DNA of 64,000 nt, from NCBI GenBank assembly GCA_026394195.1, contig JAPKYS010000023.1, positions 468,621 to 532,620 of the forward strand. The letters are read 5' to 3'. The stretch is from a bacterium. Its GTDB lineage: Bacteria; Electryoneota; B3-LCP. Position 1 is the first letter of the stretch; each line of letters starts with the position of its first letter. The position numbers and the translations under genes are program-made. Shown here one piece after another: positions 37,412-47,292 of this stretch. The notes beneath the pieces are model-generated. The model was not told where the DNA came from. It saw nothing but the letters and a program-made list of their open reading frames with translations, and searched no databases.

Positions 37412-38155
37412 TCACTTTGCCGGCAGCTGCTCGCTAACCTGTCCAAACCGCCTTTCGCGCTGTTGGTAAGCAAGAACGGCATCGTAAAGTTGATCTCGCC
37501 TGAAGTCCGGCCAGAGTACGTCGGTTACGTAAATCTCGGTGTACGCCAATTGCCAAAGCAGAAAATTGGAGATACGTAACTCCCCGGAGGTTCGGATGAG
37601 CAGTTCGGGATCCGGCAGTCCGGCGGTATATAACGAGTCCGAAAACTCCTGCTCGGTGATAGCCGTTCTTCCATCAAGCGCTGCTCGCCGCACGGCTTCG
37701 AGGATTTCCTGCCGTCCGCCGTAAGATAGCGCCAGGTTCAGAATCAATCCGGTATTGGAGGCGAGGCGATCAATCGCCTGAAGCATGCCGTTACGGGGCT
37801 GTTCAGGCAAATCGCCAATCTTACCAATGACTTTCAAGCGGACGTTATTGCGATCGAGGTCATCAGCTTCCCGGTTGATGGTCTTCAAGAGCAGCTGCAT
37901 CAAGGCGGAGACTTCGTGTTTCGGTCTGCGCCAATTCTCAGATGAGAAGGTGTACAACGTCAGGACTTCGACCTTCAATTCGCCGCAAACCTTGACGACT
38001 TCCCGAACCGAGTTGATACCTTCCCGGTGACCGGCGATGCGCGGAAGCAGCCGCTGTTTCGCCCAGCGCCCATTACCATCCATAATGATAGCGATATGCC
38101 GGGGAATTTTCTTCGGATCAATTCCCGATGACTTCTTTGTGCTGCTTTTTAACAT
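37412..38155 (-). CDS. uppS: Undecaprenyl diphosphate synthase (cis-prenyltransferase)
   Basis: HIAIIMDGNGRWA and the conserved C-terminal RFG motif. Confidence 0.95.
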   Translation of the reverse strand: MLKSSTKKSSGIDPKKIPRHIAIIMDGNGRWAKQRLLPRIAGHREGINSVREVVKVCGELKVEVLTLYTFSSENWRRPKHEVSALMQLLLKTINREADDLDRNNVRLKVIGKIGDLPEQPRNGMLQAIDRLASNTGLILNLALSYGGRQEILEAVRRAALDGRTAITEQEFSDSLYTAGLPDPELLIRTSGELRISNFLLWQLAYTEIYVTDVLWPDFRRDQLYDAVLAYQQRERRFGQVSEQLPAK

Positions 38156-38158
38156 AGC

Positions 38159-39208
38159 CTAAGGGTTTTTACCCTGAAGTTCTGCGGCTTTGTTCAATGC
38201 CTTCTTGCCTTCGTCCATCAGGGATTGGTCTTGTTTTTGATCTCCATCCCGCATTAAGGCGACGCCCAGATTTTGCCAAATCCCTGCATTATTGGGATCC
38301 AGTTCCACCGCTTTCTGGTAATACACGACGGCATTGGGATAATCCTTTTTCACCTCGAGATAAATCCCGGCGATATTCAGAATGGCTTCGACGTCTTTTG
38401 GATTAAACTCCATGGTCCGGTGAAAGCTGGCGATGGATTCATCGTATTTTTGCATCGCCTTATAGAGCTGACCCATATTGAAATTAAGATCTGGGTCATT
38501 CGGTTGGTCGCTGAGCACTTTTTGGTAGTATTCAAGAGCTTTTTGAGATTCGCCGAGGGAATTATACGAAAAAGCTGCCGCACGATTCGCATCCTTCTGA
38601 TTTGGATCGACTTTAAGGATTTCCATGGCTTTGTTCAAAGCCTTTTCGTACATACCTTTGTTGTAATAAAACTGCATCAGCAGAACGTGGTCCGGCATGA
38701 ATTCGTATTTAGGGTCAAGCGAATCTGCTTTCTCGAATGCCATCAAGGCATCATCGTTCTGCTCTTTCTTGACATAAACCCTTGCCAGCAGCGCCCATGT
38801 TGCCTGATCATCCGGTACGATCAATGCCGCGTTCTGACCATCGGCTAACGCTTCGTCGTATTTCTTCTGATTGTACATCTCGACAGCGTTATTGTACAAA
38901 TCCCGATGGTGCTTCTTTTGAGTGCCGTCGATTTCGTTATTGTACTTGTTACTCAGAGACTTGGCGCTTTCAAATTCCTTCAACATTTCCGGGTACATCT
39001 TCTTGTGCGAATACACCTGACCTAACAGGTAATGCGCTTCCGCGTCATTTGGGTTGCCTGCTAAGGCGCTCTTCAATGATTCCACGGCTTTGTCCAGTTC
39101 ACCCTGTTGGATGTAGATTTTGGCAGAGACAGTTGCAGGATTGCGGCACCCAGCCAAGCTCAGGGCTAACAGGCAGCCCAGAATGACACTAATTACTACA
39201 TTTTTCAT
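38159..39208 (-). CDS. TPR repeat lipoprotein
   Basis: Lipobox LAGC, multiple TPR units. Confidence 0.75.
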   Translation of the reverse strand: MKNVVISVILGCLLALSLAGCRNPATVSAKIYIQQGELDKAVESLKSALAGNPNDAEAHYLLGQVYSHKKMYPEMLKEFESAKSLSNKYNNEIDGTQKKHHRDLYNNAVEMYNQKKYDEALADGQNAALIVPDDQATWALLARVYVKKEQNDDALMAFEKADSLDPKYEFMPDHVLLMQFYYNKGMYEKALNKAMEILKVDPNQKDANRAAAFSYNSLGESQKALEYYQKVLSDQPNDPDLNFNMGQLYKAMQKYDESIASFHRTMEFNPKDVEAILNIAGIYLEVKKDYPNAVVYYQKAVELDPNNAGIWQNLGVALMRDGDQKQDQSLMDEGKKALNKAAELQGKNP

Positions 39209-39244
39209 CTGTTCCTCATATTTTCCGTAATGCGGGTTCCAGAT

Positions 39245-40297
39245 CTATTTCTGGTGTTGTTTACTTTCAGTTAAAAAAGAAAAATCATAGGGAGGGCGAT
39301 GCACTCCCAGTTCGGTGATTATTGCCGCGACCAGCTCATGTGGAGTCACGTCGAATGCCGGATTAAAAGTCTTTATACCTTCCGGCGCTGTGCGTGTTGC
39401 GCCGAAACCGGTTACCTCATAGTCCGGTCGTTCTTCGATGGGAATTTGGTCTCCCGATGTGATTTTAGGATCAACCGTTGACGTAGGCGCAGCAACATAG
39501 AAGGGCACGTCGTGGTGCTTCGCCAGCAGAGCCACGGTATAGGTTCCAATTTTATTGGCAACGTCCCCGTTGGCGGCAATTCGGTCCGAACCCACAATCA
39601 CCGCATTCACCCAACCCTTTTTCATAACGACGGCAGCCATATTGTCGCAAATCAGGGTGACGTCTACACCATTCTGTTTTAGCTCCCAGGAGGTCAGTCG
39701 TGCTCCCTGCAACAGCGGACGGGTCTCGTCTGCGAATACTTTTATTTTCTTGCCCTGCTCCTGAGCGACGTAGATTGGAGCCAATGCCGTTCCCATCCCA
39801 CCGGTTGCCAGTGAACCGGCGTTGCAGTGTGTAAGGATCGTCATTCCATCATGCAGGAGTTCAGCACCATGCTCTCCGATACGGCGGCACATGGCTTCAT
39901 CCTCTTGATGAATGCTTACGGCCTCAGCAATTAACTTCTGTATCGTCGGGGCAATTTCATGATTTGCCGCGAGAACCCTCTCCATCCGATCAATCGCCCA
40001 GAACAGATTCACCGCAGTTGGGCGGGTGGAGCGTAATTCGTTCATAATTCTTCGCAGTTCGCGGGCAAAGTGCGAAAAGTCATCACGCGGCAGTGAGAGC
40101 GCCCCAATGACTACCCCATAAGCTCCCGCAACTCCAATCGCAGGCGCTCCGCGCACTGCCAATCTTTTTATGGCGTCGCACATCACGCGATAATCATCAG
40201 TGACGATATATTCCAAGCTGCCGGGCAGTTTGGTCTGCTCGATCAACCTCACTTTTCGATCGCTTGCCAGCCACTCGATGGTTTTAAAGTTGAGCAT
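39245..40297 (-). CDS. mtnA: S-methyl-5-thioribose-1-phosphate isomerase (eIF-2B alpha/beta/delta family)
   Basis: VRGAPAIGVAGAYG motif. The start was chosen at ATG 40297 (MLNFKTIEW...), which aligns with MtnA N-termini. The ORF-track GTG at 40384 is less likely. Confidence 0.75.
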   Translation of the reverse strand: MLNFKTIEWLASDRKVRLIEQTKLPGSLEYIVTDDYRVMCDAIKRLAVRGAPAIGVAGAYGVVIGALSLPRDDFSHFARELRRIMNELRSTRPTAVNLFWAIDRMERVLAANHEIAPTIQKLIAEAVSIHQEDEAMCRRIGEHGAELLHDGMTILTHCNAGSLATGGMGTALAPIYVAQEQGKKIKVFADETRPLLQGARLTSWELKQNGVDVTLICDNMAAVVMKKGWVNAVIVGSDRIAANGDVANKIGTYTVALLAKHHDVPFYVAAPTSTVDPKITSGDQIPIEERPDYEVTGFGATRTAPEGIKTFNPAFDVTPHELVAAIITELGVHRPPYDFSFLTESKQHQK

Positions 40298-40443
40298 TTC
40301 CTGTTCATCCGTTTGCTTCGCCCTTTGGCTGTCGATCTTCCGCCGCCGAATTCGGGGGCGGAACTTTAAATATAAAAAAATCACCTATCCAAGTCAAGGA
40401 AAAGCTCAGAAAAGGTGAAATCACGTCATCGGCTTGTGCTCGT

Positions 40444-41343
40444 TTAAAACCGTGTCATTTCTGCCAACTTCCGATACCGCGTTTCGATATCTTCCATTTT
40501 CAGGTCCTTCAGGCGATCAATGGAAAACTGCTCAACTGAAAACGAGGCAGTAACCGTCCCGTAAGCAATCGCCTTGCGAAAGGATTCCATGGAGATATCG
40601 TTGCATTTTGCCAGGTAGCCCACCATACCTCCGGCGAAGGAATCGCCGGCGCCGGTCGGATCATACAGACTTTCTAATGGATATGCTGGAATTGCAAAGA
40701 TCTCGTCGCCGGCTAACACGAAGGCGCCATGCTCACCTTTTTTAATGATCACGATCTTCGGACCCAGATCAGTAACTTTCCGAGCTGCGCGAATTAGATT
40801 GATTTCTCCGGTGATCTGTGTGGCTTCCTGATCATTCAGAATGACTGCATCGACCTTTTTCATGACCTCCTTCAGGGGAGCCAAGGCGGTGTCAATCCAG
40901 AGATTCATGGTATCCAGCATCACCAGACGCGGATTTCTGGTCTGCTCCAGCACCTGAAGCTGCAACTCGGGATGAATGTTCGCAAGAAAGACGAAAGGAG
41001 TGTCCCGATACGCCTCCGGCAATTTAGGCGAAAAGGTCTCAAAGACGTTTAAATGAGTAAAAAGTGTATCACGGTGATTCATATTCTCATGATAGACTCC
41101 ACCCCAGCGAAAAGTTTTGCCTTTGGCGATTTCCAATCCCGTGAGATCCACACCGCGTTTGATCAGGAAATCTAATTGGTCCAGGGGGAAATCATCCCCA
41201 ACAATACCGACGATTTTTACCGGTGCAAAGTAACTTGCCGCCGCAGAAAAATAAAATGCAGAACCACCAAGTGTATCATTGACTTCACCGAATGGCGTTT
41301 TAACCGAATCTAAGGCTGTCGAGCCGACTACCAGTACACTCAT
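40444..41343 (-). CDS. PfkB-family carbohydrate/nucleoside kinase
   Basis: Ribokinase-like fold motifs (GGSAFY, DPTGAGDSFAGG). 299 aa. Confidence 0.8.
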   Translation of the reverse strand: MSVLVVGSTALDSVKTPFGEVNDTLGGSAFYFSAAASYFAPVKIVGIVGDDFPLDQLDFLIKRGVDLTGLEIAKGKTFRWGGVYHENMNHRDTLFTHLNVFETFSPKLPEAYRDTPFVFLANIHPELQLQVLEQTRNPRLVMLDTMNLWIDTALAPLKEVMKKVDAVILNDQEATQITGEINLIRAARKVTDLGPKIVIIKKGEHGAFVLAGDEIFAIPAYPLESLYDPTGAGDSFAGGMVGYLAKCNDISMESFRKAIAYGTVTASFSVEQFSIDRLKDLKMEDIETRYRKLAEMTRF

Positions 41344-41351
41344 TGATCCTC

Positions 41352-42977
41352 CTACATGGTTTCAGGGGCGCTCATGCCTAACAGACGGAGACCTTCCTTC
41401 AGTACGATCTGTGCCGCCCGGCACAGTGCCAATCGCGCTTTGGTCTGTTCCAGATCATCCGACAGGACGCGACAATTGTGATAAAAACGGTGATAAATTG
41501 TTGCAAGTTCTGCCAAATAGGAATTTAAACGGTTTGGAGCATACTGCAAAGCTGCGGCTTCGACTACGTCCGGAAACAACGAAAGAGCTCGGAGCAGCTC
41601 TTTTTCTTCGACTGCCGTCAGAAGGTCAAAGTCTGCCGAAGAGAAATCGATCTGTTGGTCCGCTTTCCTGAAAATGGAACAGATCCGTGCGTGTGCATAC
41701 TGAACATAGAAGACGGGACTCTTTTCCGAACGATCTTTGGCAACCTCAATATCGAAGTCGAGGTGCGACGACCAGCGTCTGGATAGGAATATCTGCTTTG
41801 CTGCATCGGCGCCGACCTCCGCGAGCAGTTCATCCATGGAGATAATTTCACCGGCACGCTTGGACATCTTAACCGGCTGACCACTACGCAGCAGATTAAC
41901 CTGCTGGACGATGATAATCTCAAGAAAATCAGCAGGCAACCCCAGAGCCGCCATGGCAGCCTTTATCCGCTGCGCATGACCGTGATGGTCCGGCCCCAGT
42001 AAATCGACCGCCTTAGCATAACCTCGCAGGGCCTTATCCCGATGATAGGCGATATCCGGGAGAAAATAGGTCGGACGACCCTCCTGTGTTATAATGACGC
42101 GGTCTTCATCATCACCGAACTGAGTACTTTTGAAGAATAACGCGCCGTCTTTTTCATAGGTGTGACCTGCATTTTTCAGTTCTTCGAGAACCTGCAGATG
42201 CGCCTTGTTTTCATGCAATTCGCTCTCGAAATACCAACGGTTGAAGCGCACGCCATATTCTTCAAGTGTGCGTCTTTGATCCAGGACGATTCGATTTGCA
42301 GCCCATCGACCCACAAGATCTCCCGAATCGTGGAAAAGATCGCCACCGTATTCGGTCAAAGCCACTTTGGCGATATCAATTACGTAGGAACCATGATACC
42401 CTCCCTCAGGGATGGCAACCGCTTCGCCTTTCAGCTCTTTTACCCTGACTTGGACCGATTCGCCCAAGAGTCGAACCTGACGCCCGGCATCATTGACATA
42501 GAACTCCGCATCAGCGACAAATCCGATTTTCTGGTGTAATCTGACGAGCGAATCTCCCAGCGCCGCGGCACGCGCGCTGACGATGTTCATCGGTCCCGTG
42601 GGGTTGGCAGAGACGAATTCAAAAAGCCGCCTCGCCCCCGCTCCTAACGTCGATGAGCCATACGATTCGCCCGTTTTAAGTATTTCGGTTAAAACAGCGC
42701 TCAGGGCCGACCCGGACCAGAAGAAATTGAGATAACCCGGTCCGGCGATCTCGACCTTGCGGAAAAGCGATTCAATCTGACTGATGGAACCGTGAATGGC
42801 GGCGGCAATCTGATGGGGGGGTAGTTTCAGTTTTTTCGCCAGGGCGAGAGCTACAGCACAGGATCTATCCCCCAATTCAGGCGTTGGGGGTATTTCCAAG
42901 AAAATCTGTTCGTCGGGATATTGCAGATTCCTGAGCGTAGTGCGCAGGTGTTCTTTAAGTTGATGGCTCAGGTTCAC
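41352..42977 (-). CDS. argS: Arginine--tRNA ligase
   Basis: Class I HIGH-like region, anticodon-binding DALR domain. 541 aa. Confidence 0.95.
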   Translation of the reverse strand: MNLSHQLKEHLRTTLRNLQYPDEQIFLEIPPTPELGDRSCAVALALAKKLKLPPHQIAAAIHGSISQIESLFRKVEIAGPGYLNFFWSGSALSAVLTEILKTGESYGSSTLGAGARRLFEFVSANPTGPMNIVSARAAALGDSLVRLHQKIGFVADAEFYVNDAGRQVRLLGESVQVRVKELKGEAVAIPEGGYHGSYVIDIAKVALTEYGGDLFHDSGDLVGRWAANRIVLDQRRTLEEYGVRFNRWYFESELHENKAHLQVLEELKNAGHTYEKDGALFFKSTQFGDDEDRVIITQEGRPTYFLPDIAYHRDKALRGYAKAVDLLGPDHHGHAQRIKAAMAALGLPADFLEIIIVQQVNLLRSGQPVKMSKRAGEIISMDELLAEVGADAAKQIFLSRRWSSHLDFDIEVAKDRSEKSPVFYVQYAHARICSIFRKADQQIDFSSADFDLLTAVEEKELLRALSLFPDVVEAAALQYAPNRLNSYLAELATIYHRFYHNCRVLSDDLEQTKARLALCRAAQIVLKEGLRLLGMSAPETM

Positions 42978-43440
42978 GGCGGGGTGTGGCTTTTCGTTTG
43001 GGTTTCGGCTTTACGGCGGCTGCTTTGCGGGTTTTGGGCTTCGGGCTCGCCGCCGCTTCCGGTTTGGGTGGTTCTTCGAAGGTTAACTTCACCGGATCGG
43101 CTTCGATCCAGAGATTTTCAAGGTTGTAAAACTGCCGCATGTCCGGAATGAAAAGGTGAACGATGACGTCGATGTAATCGATCAGAACCCACTTGGCAGT
43201 GTTCTTCCCCTCAACGTGGTGCGGTCGAACGCCCTCTTTCTTCAAAGTATCGACAATGTGATCAGAGATGGCTCTGACATGAAGATCGACCTCTCCATTC
43301 AAGAGCACGAAATAATCTGTGAATTGCGTTAACTGCGAAACATCAAGAACGACGATGTCCTCAGCTTTATTTAGCCAAGCCAGTTGCGCGATTCGAAGCG
43401 CTAATTCACGGCTTGAAGTAACGGTCGGTTTTTTCTTTCG
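42955..43440 (-). CDS. rsfS: Ribosome silencing factor RsfS (Iojap) with a Lys/Pro-rich C-terminal tail; start codon unresolved
   Basis: The conserved RsfS core (ALRIAQLAWLNKAEDIVVLDVSQLTQFTDYFVLLNGE...WVLIDYIDVIVHLF) extends upstream of the ORF-track GTG at 43308. There is no ATG/GTG/TTG between the upstream stop (43441-43443) and the core. Confidence 0.7.
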   Translation of the reverse strand, partial: RKKKPTVTSSRELALRIAQLAWLNKAEDIVVLDVSQLTQFTDYFVLLNGEVDLHVRAISDHIVDTLKKEGVRPHHVEGKNTAKWVLIDYIDVIVHLFIPDMRQFYNLENLWIEADPVKLTFEEPPKPEAAASPKPKTRKAAAVKPKPKRKATPRREPEPST

Positions 43441-43449
43441 AGGCGTATT

Positions 43450-44064
43450 TTACTCCAAAGCTAAGTTAAGTTGCCGGTAGTCCCGTCCCACAATGACGGT
43501 TACGTCGATGTCTTTCAGTATGGGATCCTGTGCTGTGGTCGTTTGCTGTGAGGAGATTCCCAATGATTGCGCAACCAATATCCCTGCCTGTTCCCCGAAG
43601 GATCCCGCGATTCGAACGACGACTTGAGACTGTCTATAATCCTGTCGTTCTGCATTGCCGTAACTTTTAACCATGTAGCCGCGATCTTTCAGGATGGTTC
43701 GAACCCGGTCTGCCAGACCGCGCACCCCGCTGCCGTTGAGAATCTGAATTCTGATCTCTGCCGGAGATGGAGGCCTCGCCGTTGCAGTTTGTTGTACCAG
43801 TGGTGAAGCTACTGTGCTCGTTTGAGTTTTTGGCTCTGAAGGCGTAGTAGTGACTGGTGTGACCGGCTTGCTTTCGACCGGAGGTTTGGTGGTGGTTTGG
43901 GTCACAACAGGAGTCGAGGGACGCGGCGTCGCCGGCGGTCCCTGGAGTACGTGAAGGACGTTGAGAATGACCAGAAGAACCAGGAGGGATATGATCCAGA
44001 AATTCGGTTCCCGGAAGATGCTGGTGTCTGATGAAAGGCTGCGGCTTCGACGGATTCTTCGCAT
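43450..44064 (-). CDS. LytR_C domain protein (membrane-anchored, Pro/Thr-rich linker)
   Basis: N-terminal TM, PT-rich linker, C-terminal LytR/CpsA/Psr C-terminal-domain-like region (IRIQILNGSGVRGLA...VIVGRDY). Confidence 0.65.
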   Translation of the reverse strand: MRRIRRSRSLSSDTSIFREPNFWIISLLVLLVILNVLHVLQGPPATPRPSTPVVTQTTTKPPVESKPVTPVTTTPSEPKTQTSTVASPLVQQTATARPPSPAEIRIQILNGSGVRGLADRVRTILKDRGYMVKSYGNAERQDYRQSQVVVRIAGSFGEQAGILVAQSLGISSQQTTTAQDPILKDIDVTVIVGRDYRQLNLALE

Positions 44065-44160
44065 GGTTATCGGAAAAGAAAATGCCGCGCATGAGCCACG
44101 CGGCGAGAGCTGTCGGTTTGATGAGGTGAATCTTCAGCCAAATTATCGGCCATTTCGGAA

Positions 44161-44718
44161 CTACTTCCCCTGTGATCCCGCTTCGTTATTGGATTGAGTA
44201 TCTGACGGGGCAGGTGGAATCGGCGTATATCTGGGGATATAATATCCATACGGTGAATACCCATAATAACCGGAACTCGGGTAATTGGCAACTTCAAAAT
44301 GGAAAATCATATTATCCCTGGGTCGCCAATCGACTGCGGCGCCACCGATAAAAGCGCTTTGTTGAAAGAGGCCGTCCGGACCATAGCTTGAGTATGGTTG
44401 ATTCATATAACCAAGATTCAGGGTCAGCGTAACCGGCGCGTTGAAGCGATAACCGATGGTCTCCATGAAAAGGTTTTGCATTACACCCTGACTGCCGGAA
44501 GACATATAACTTGAACTGAAGGAATGGGTGAAAGTCAATCTGCTGGGATCAAATAGACCAAGTGGTTTGACTCCTAGACCATAGGTGTTTTGCCCGGACC
44601 TCAGATAATTTTTCATGCCGGAGAGATCCGATGTATCCCTGAACTGAGCCTCTGCTGCTGCCACGGTCACAAGCAGGGCGGCGACAACGACGAATTTTAT
44701 CAGTTTTCCAGCAGTCAT
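44161..44718 (-). CDS. Hypothetical secreted protein with a Tyr/Gly/Pro-rich C-terminus
   Basis: Signal peptide and low-complexity YYGYSPYGYY tail. No recognisable domain. Confidence 0.4.
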   Translation of the reverse strand: MTAGKLIKFVVVAALLVTVAAAEAQFRDTSDLSGMKNYLRSGQNTYGLGVKPLGLFDPSRLTFTHSFSSSYMSSGSQGVMQNLFMETIGYRFNAPVTLTLNLGYMNQPYSSYGPDGLFQQSAFIGGAAVDWRPRDNMIFHFEVANYPSSGYYGYSPYGYYIPRYTPIPPAPSDTQSNNEAGSQGK

Positions 44719-44861
44719 GACGTCCTCTATCCCTTTAATTCAATAATAGCAAGAACTGCTATTAAAGTCAAGGTATTTTTCCGGCATTTTGGAGTAGCAA
44801 GGGTATTCCTCGTTCATCTCTAATACTTATACATTCCCGCTGGAGTGAAGTTCCTCAGTGT

Positions 44862-45602
44862 TTACAGCAATTCAGCGGCTTGAAGCTCCTGCACAGTGTT
44901 GATCCCCAGAACTTCCTGAAAACTGCCTTCTCTGGCTGCGACAGTCTTGCCGCCCAGTGTCAAAAGACGCACGGCATCTGTCAAATAGTACTCCTTCTGA
45001 TCGTTCTGGTCTGATAAAAGAGGGAGCACTCGCCGTAATTCATCCAGTTCAAAGATATAGATACCACTATTGATTTCTCTGAGTTTACGAATTTCCTCAC
45101 TGGCGTCGCGCTGCTCCACGATGGCTTCAAGATTCCCGGTGGATGATCGCACGATTCGACCGTAGCTGTGAGGATTTTCCGCCATCGCAGTCAGAACAGT
45201 GGCAGCAGCATGACTCTGACGGTGATGGTGCCAGAGTTCGGACAAAGTTTGGTGTCGTATCAGGGGCACATCGCCGGAAAGAATTAAAACGGGTCCGGTC
45301 TGCTCTTGCAGTTGCTGCAATCCGCACATGACTGCATGTCCCGTCCCCAACTGTGGTTCCTGGACGGCAAATCTGACTCTGGATGCAGCCAGTTCCTGCA
45401 TGACCCGCTCTTTTTGGTGCCCGACGATCACCACGATCGGGTCTCCATTTATGGTCTTGGCGGTATCGATCACATAATGGATCATCGGTTTGCCGCGCAG
45501 GGGGTGCATCACCTTGGCGAGATCCGATTTCATGCGGGTTCCTTGGCCCGCTGCCATGATCATAACGGCCAATTTATCCACGAAATTACCCTTTAGCTTC
45601 AA
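44862..45602 (-). CDS. Sugar-phosphate nucleotidyltransferase (GlmU N-terminal-like, no acetyltransferase domain)
   Basis: AVIMAAGQGTRM and the LSGDVPL motif typical of the GlmU/MobA-like NTP transferase fold. Only 246 aa. Confidence 0.65.
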   Translation of the reverse strand: MKLKGNFVDKLAVMIMAAGQGTRMKSDLAKVMHPLRGKPMIHYVIDTAKTINGDPIVVIVGHQKERVMQELAASRVRFAVQEPQLGTGHAVMCGLQQLQEQTGPVLILSGDVPLIRHQTLSELWHHHRQSHAAATVLTAMAENPHSYGRIVRSSTGNLEAIVEQRDASEEIRKLREINSGIYIFELDELRRVLPLLSDQNDQKEYYLTDAVRLLTLGGKTVAAREGSFQEVLGINTVQELQAAELL

Positions 45603-46440
45603 GTATTACATTATCAATCAGGCGAGTTTTGCCGACAAATGCGGCGATTACGGCTACAGAACGACCGGTCAGCACGCCGATGCTCTGCAAAGAACCAGCA
45701 TCCAAGATATCGAGATAGTCAATTTTTAAGTTCGGTATCGATTGGAAAGTCGTTTGCATCTGCCGGATCAATAAACTCGCAGCGCGTTCACCGGAATTGT
45801 AAAGAATACGAACGTCTTCAAGCGCTCGATGGAGGCCCAGAGCGTTTTTTCGCTCCTCGTGGGTAAGGTAAACGTTGCGCGAGCTCATCGCCAGACCGTC
45901 AGGTTCACGAACGATCGGGCAAATTACGATTTCAATATCGAAGTTGAGATCCTCGACCATTCGTTGGATGATGCGCGCCTGTTGGTAGTCTTTTTGGCCG
46001 AAAGCTGCAGCGTCGCATTTCGTAAGCAGAAAAAGTTTGCTGACCACTGTGGTAACACCGCGAAAATGATTCGGACGGCTGCGACCGCAGAGATTTTCAC
46101 CCAACTTCTCGACGTCCACGTAGGTCAGAAACCCTGCAGGGTACATCACCTCATTGGCAGGATAAAATAACGCATCAACTCCCCTGCCGGCGAGCAGTTT
46201 CTCATCACGATCAAAATCGCGAGGATAACGGTCTAAATCTTCGCCGGGAGCGAACTGTTTGGGGTTGACGAAGATCGAAGTGATAATCTTATCGCAGCGC
46301 GGCCCAAGGCGGTCGACCAGAGATAAATGTCCTTCGTGCAGATATCCCATGGTGGGCACAAGACCGATGCGCCCCCCTACTCGCTTCCAGCCGTTAACAA
46401 ACGCCCTCAGTTCAGGTACGGTACGAAGGATGATCATCAA
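45586..46440 (-). CDS. panC: Pantoate--beta-alanine ligase
   Basis: PTMGYLHEGHLSL HIGH motif, full length. Confidence 0.95.
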   Translation of the reverse strand: MMIILRTVPELRAFVNGWKRVGGRIGLVPTMGYLHEGHLSLVDRLGPRCDKIITSIFVNPKQFAPGEDLDRYPRDFDRDEKLLAGRGVDALFYPANEVMYPAGFLTYVDVEKLGENLCGRSRPNHFRGVTTVVSKLFLLTKCDAAAFGQKDYQQARIIQRMVEDLNFDIEIVICPIVREPDGLAMSSRNVYLTHEERKNALGLHRALEDVRILYNSGERAASLLIRQMQTTFQSIPNLKIDYLDILDAGSLQSIGVLTGRSVAVIAAFVGKTRLIDNVILEAKG

Positions 46441-47251
46441 TATTACCGGTTATATCGTAGCTTTCTTCCGGGGATGGGAAGGAACCCTTTTTCACGTCAG
46501 CGACGTATTCTTGCACTGCATTGCGAATTTCATCGCCCAGATGCCGATATCTGCGCACAAATTTCAACGACATCTGTTCATATAGCCCCAGCATATCGTA
46601 ATTGACTAAAACCTGCCCATCGCACCCCGAACCTGAACCGATGCCAATGGTTGGAATCTGCAGTGACGAGCTTATCTCCGCAGCCAGCGGCGCAGGAATT
46701 TTCTCTAATACGATGGCAAAAGCTCCAGCCTCTTCCAGCAGGTGAGCATCCGACATGATTTTTTCAGCTTCATGCTTATCCCGGGCTCTGACGCCCCACC
46801 CGCCAAATTGATGGACGGACTGCGGAGTCAACCCCAGATGACCCATGACTGGAATTCCAATGTCCACCAGCCGCCTCACGGCATCGATAATCGGAGCGCC
46901 CCCTTCCAGCTTAACCGCCTCGGCGCCGGCTTCGGATAGGAACCGTCCCGCATTGCGAACTGCTTCCTCCGGGGTTATCTGGAAGGATAAAAAAGGCATG
47001 TCCGCAACCAGTAGAGCGCGTGTGACTCCTCGTGAGACTGCACGGACATGATAGAGCATCTGCTCCATGGTGGCAGTTAATGTCGTTTTTTCACCGGCGA
47101 TGACCATCGCCGCGGAATCCCCCACTAAAATTATCTCGATCCCCGCTTGATCTTCCAGCTCTGCAAAGGTCGCATCATAGGCAGTCAGCGCAGTAATCTT
47201 TTCACTGCGCTTTTTCATTTCAAGAATAGACTTGGTCGTTATTTTTTTCAT
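46412..47251 (-). CDS. panB: 3-methyl-2-oxobutanoate hydroxymethyltransferase
   Basis: TAYDATFA and the conserved GDS, HLGLTPQS motifs. The start was set at ATG 47251 (MKKITTK...), which aligns with PanB N-termini. Confidence 0.9.
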   Translation of the reverse strand: MKKITTKSILEMKKRSEKITALTAYDATFAELEDQAGIEIILVGDSAAMVIAGEKTTLTATMEQMLYHVRAVSRGVTRALLVADMPFLSFQITPEEAVRNAGRFLSEAGAEAVKLEGGAPIIDAVRRLVDIGIPVMGHLGLTPQSVHQFGGWGVRARDKHEAEKIMSDAHLLEEAGAFAIVLEKIPAPLAAEISSSLQIPTIGIGSGSGCDGQVLVNYDMLGLYEQMSLKFVRRYRHLGDEIRNAVQEYVADVKKGSFPSPEESYDITGNIDDHPSYRT

Positions 47252-47292
47252 AATGCTCCCCGTAGATGATTTACTCTCGACGGTTCTTGACC

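Noticed and set aside
40298-40384. Upstream extension of mtnA from the ORF-track GTG start
   Set aside because: The extension (MIFLYLKFRPRIRRRK...) lacks an RBS and does not align with MtnA N-termini. The ATG at 40297 gives a conventional N-terminus.
43667-44092. 141-aa alternative-frame ORF inside the LytR_C gene
   Set aside because: The frame is out of phase with a gene that has a clear domain and a better start. Its composition is Ser/Arg/Pro-rich.
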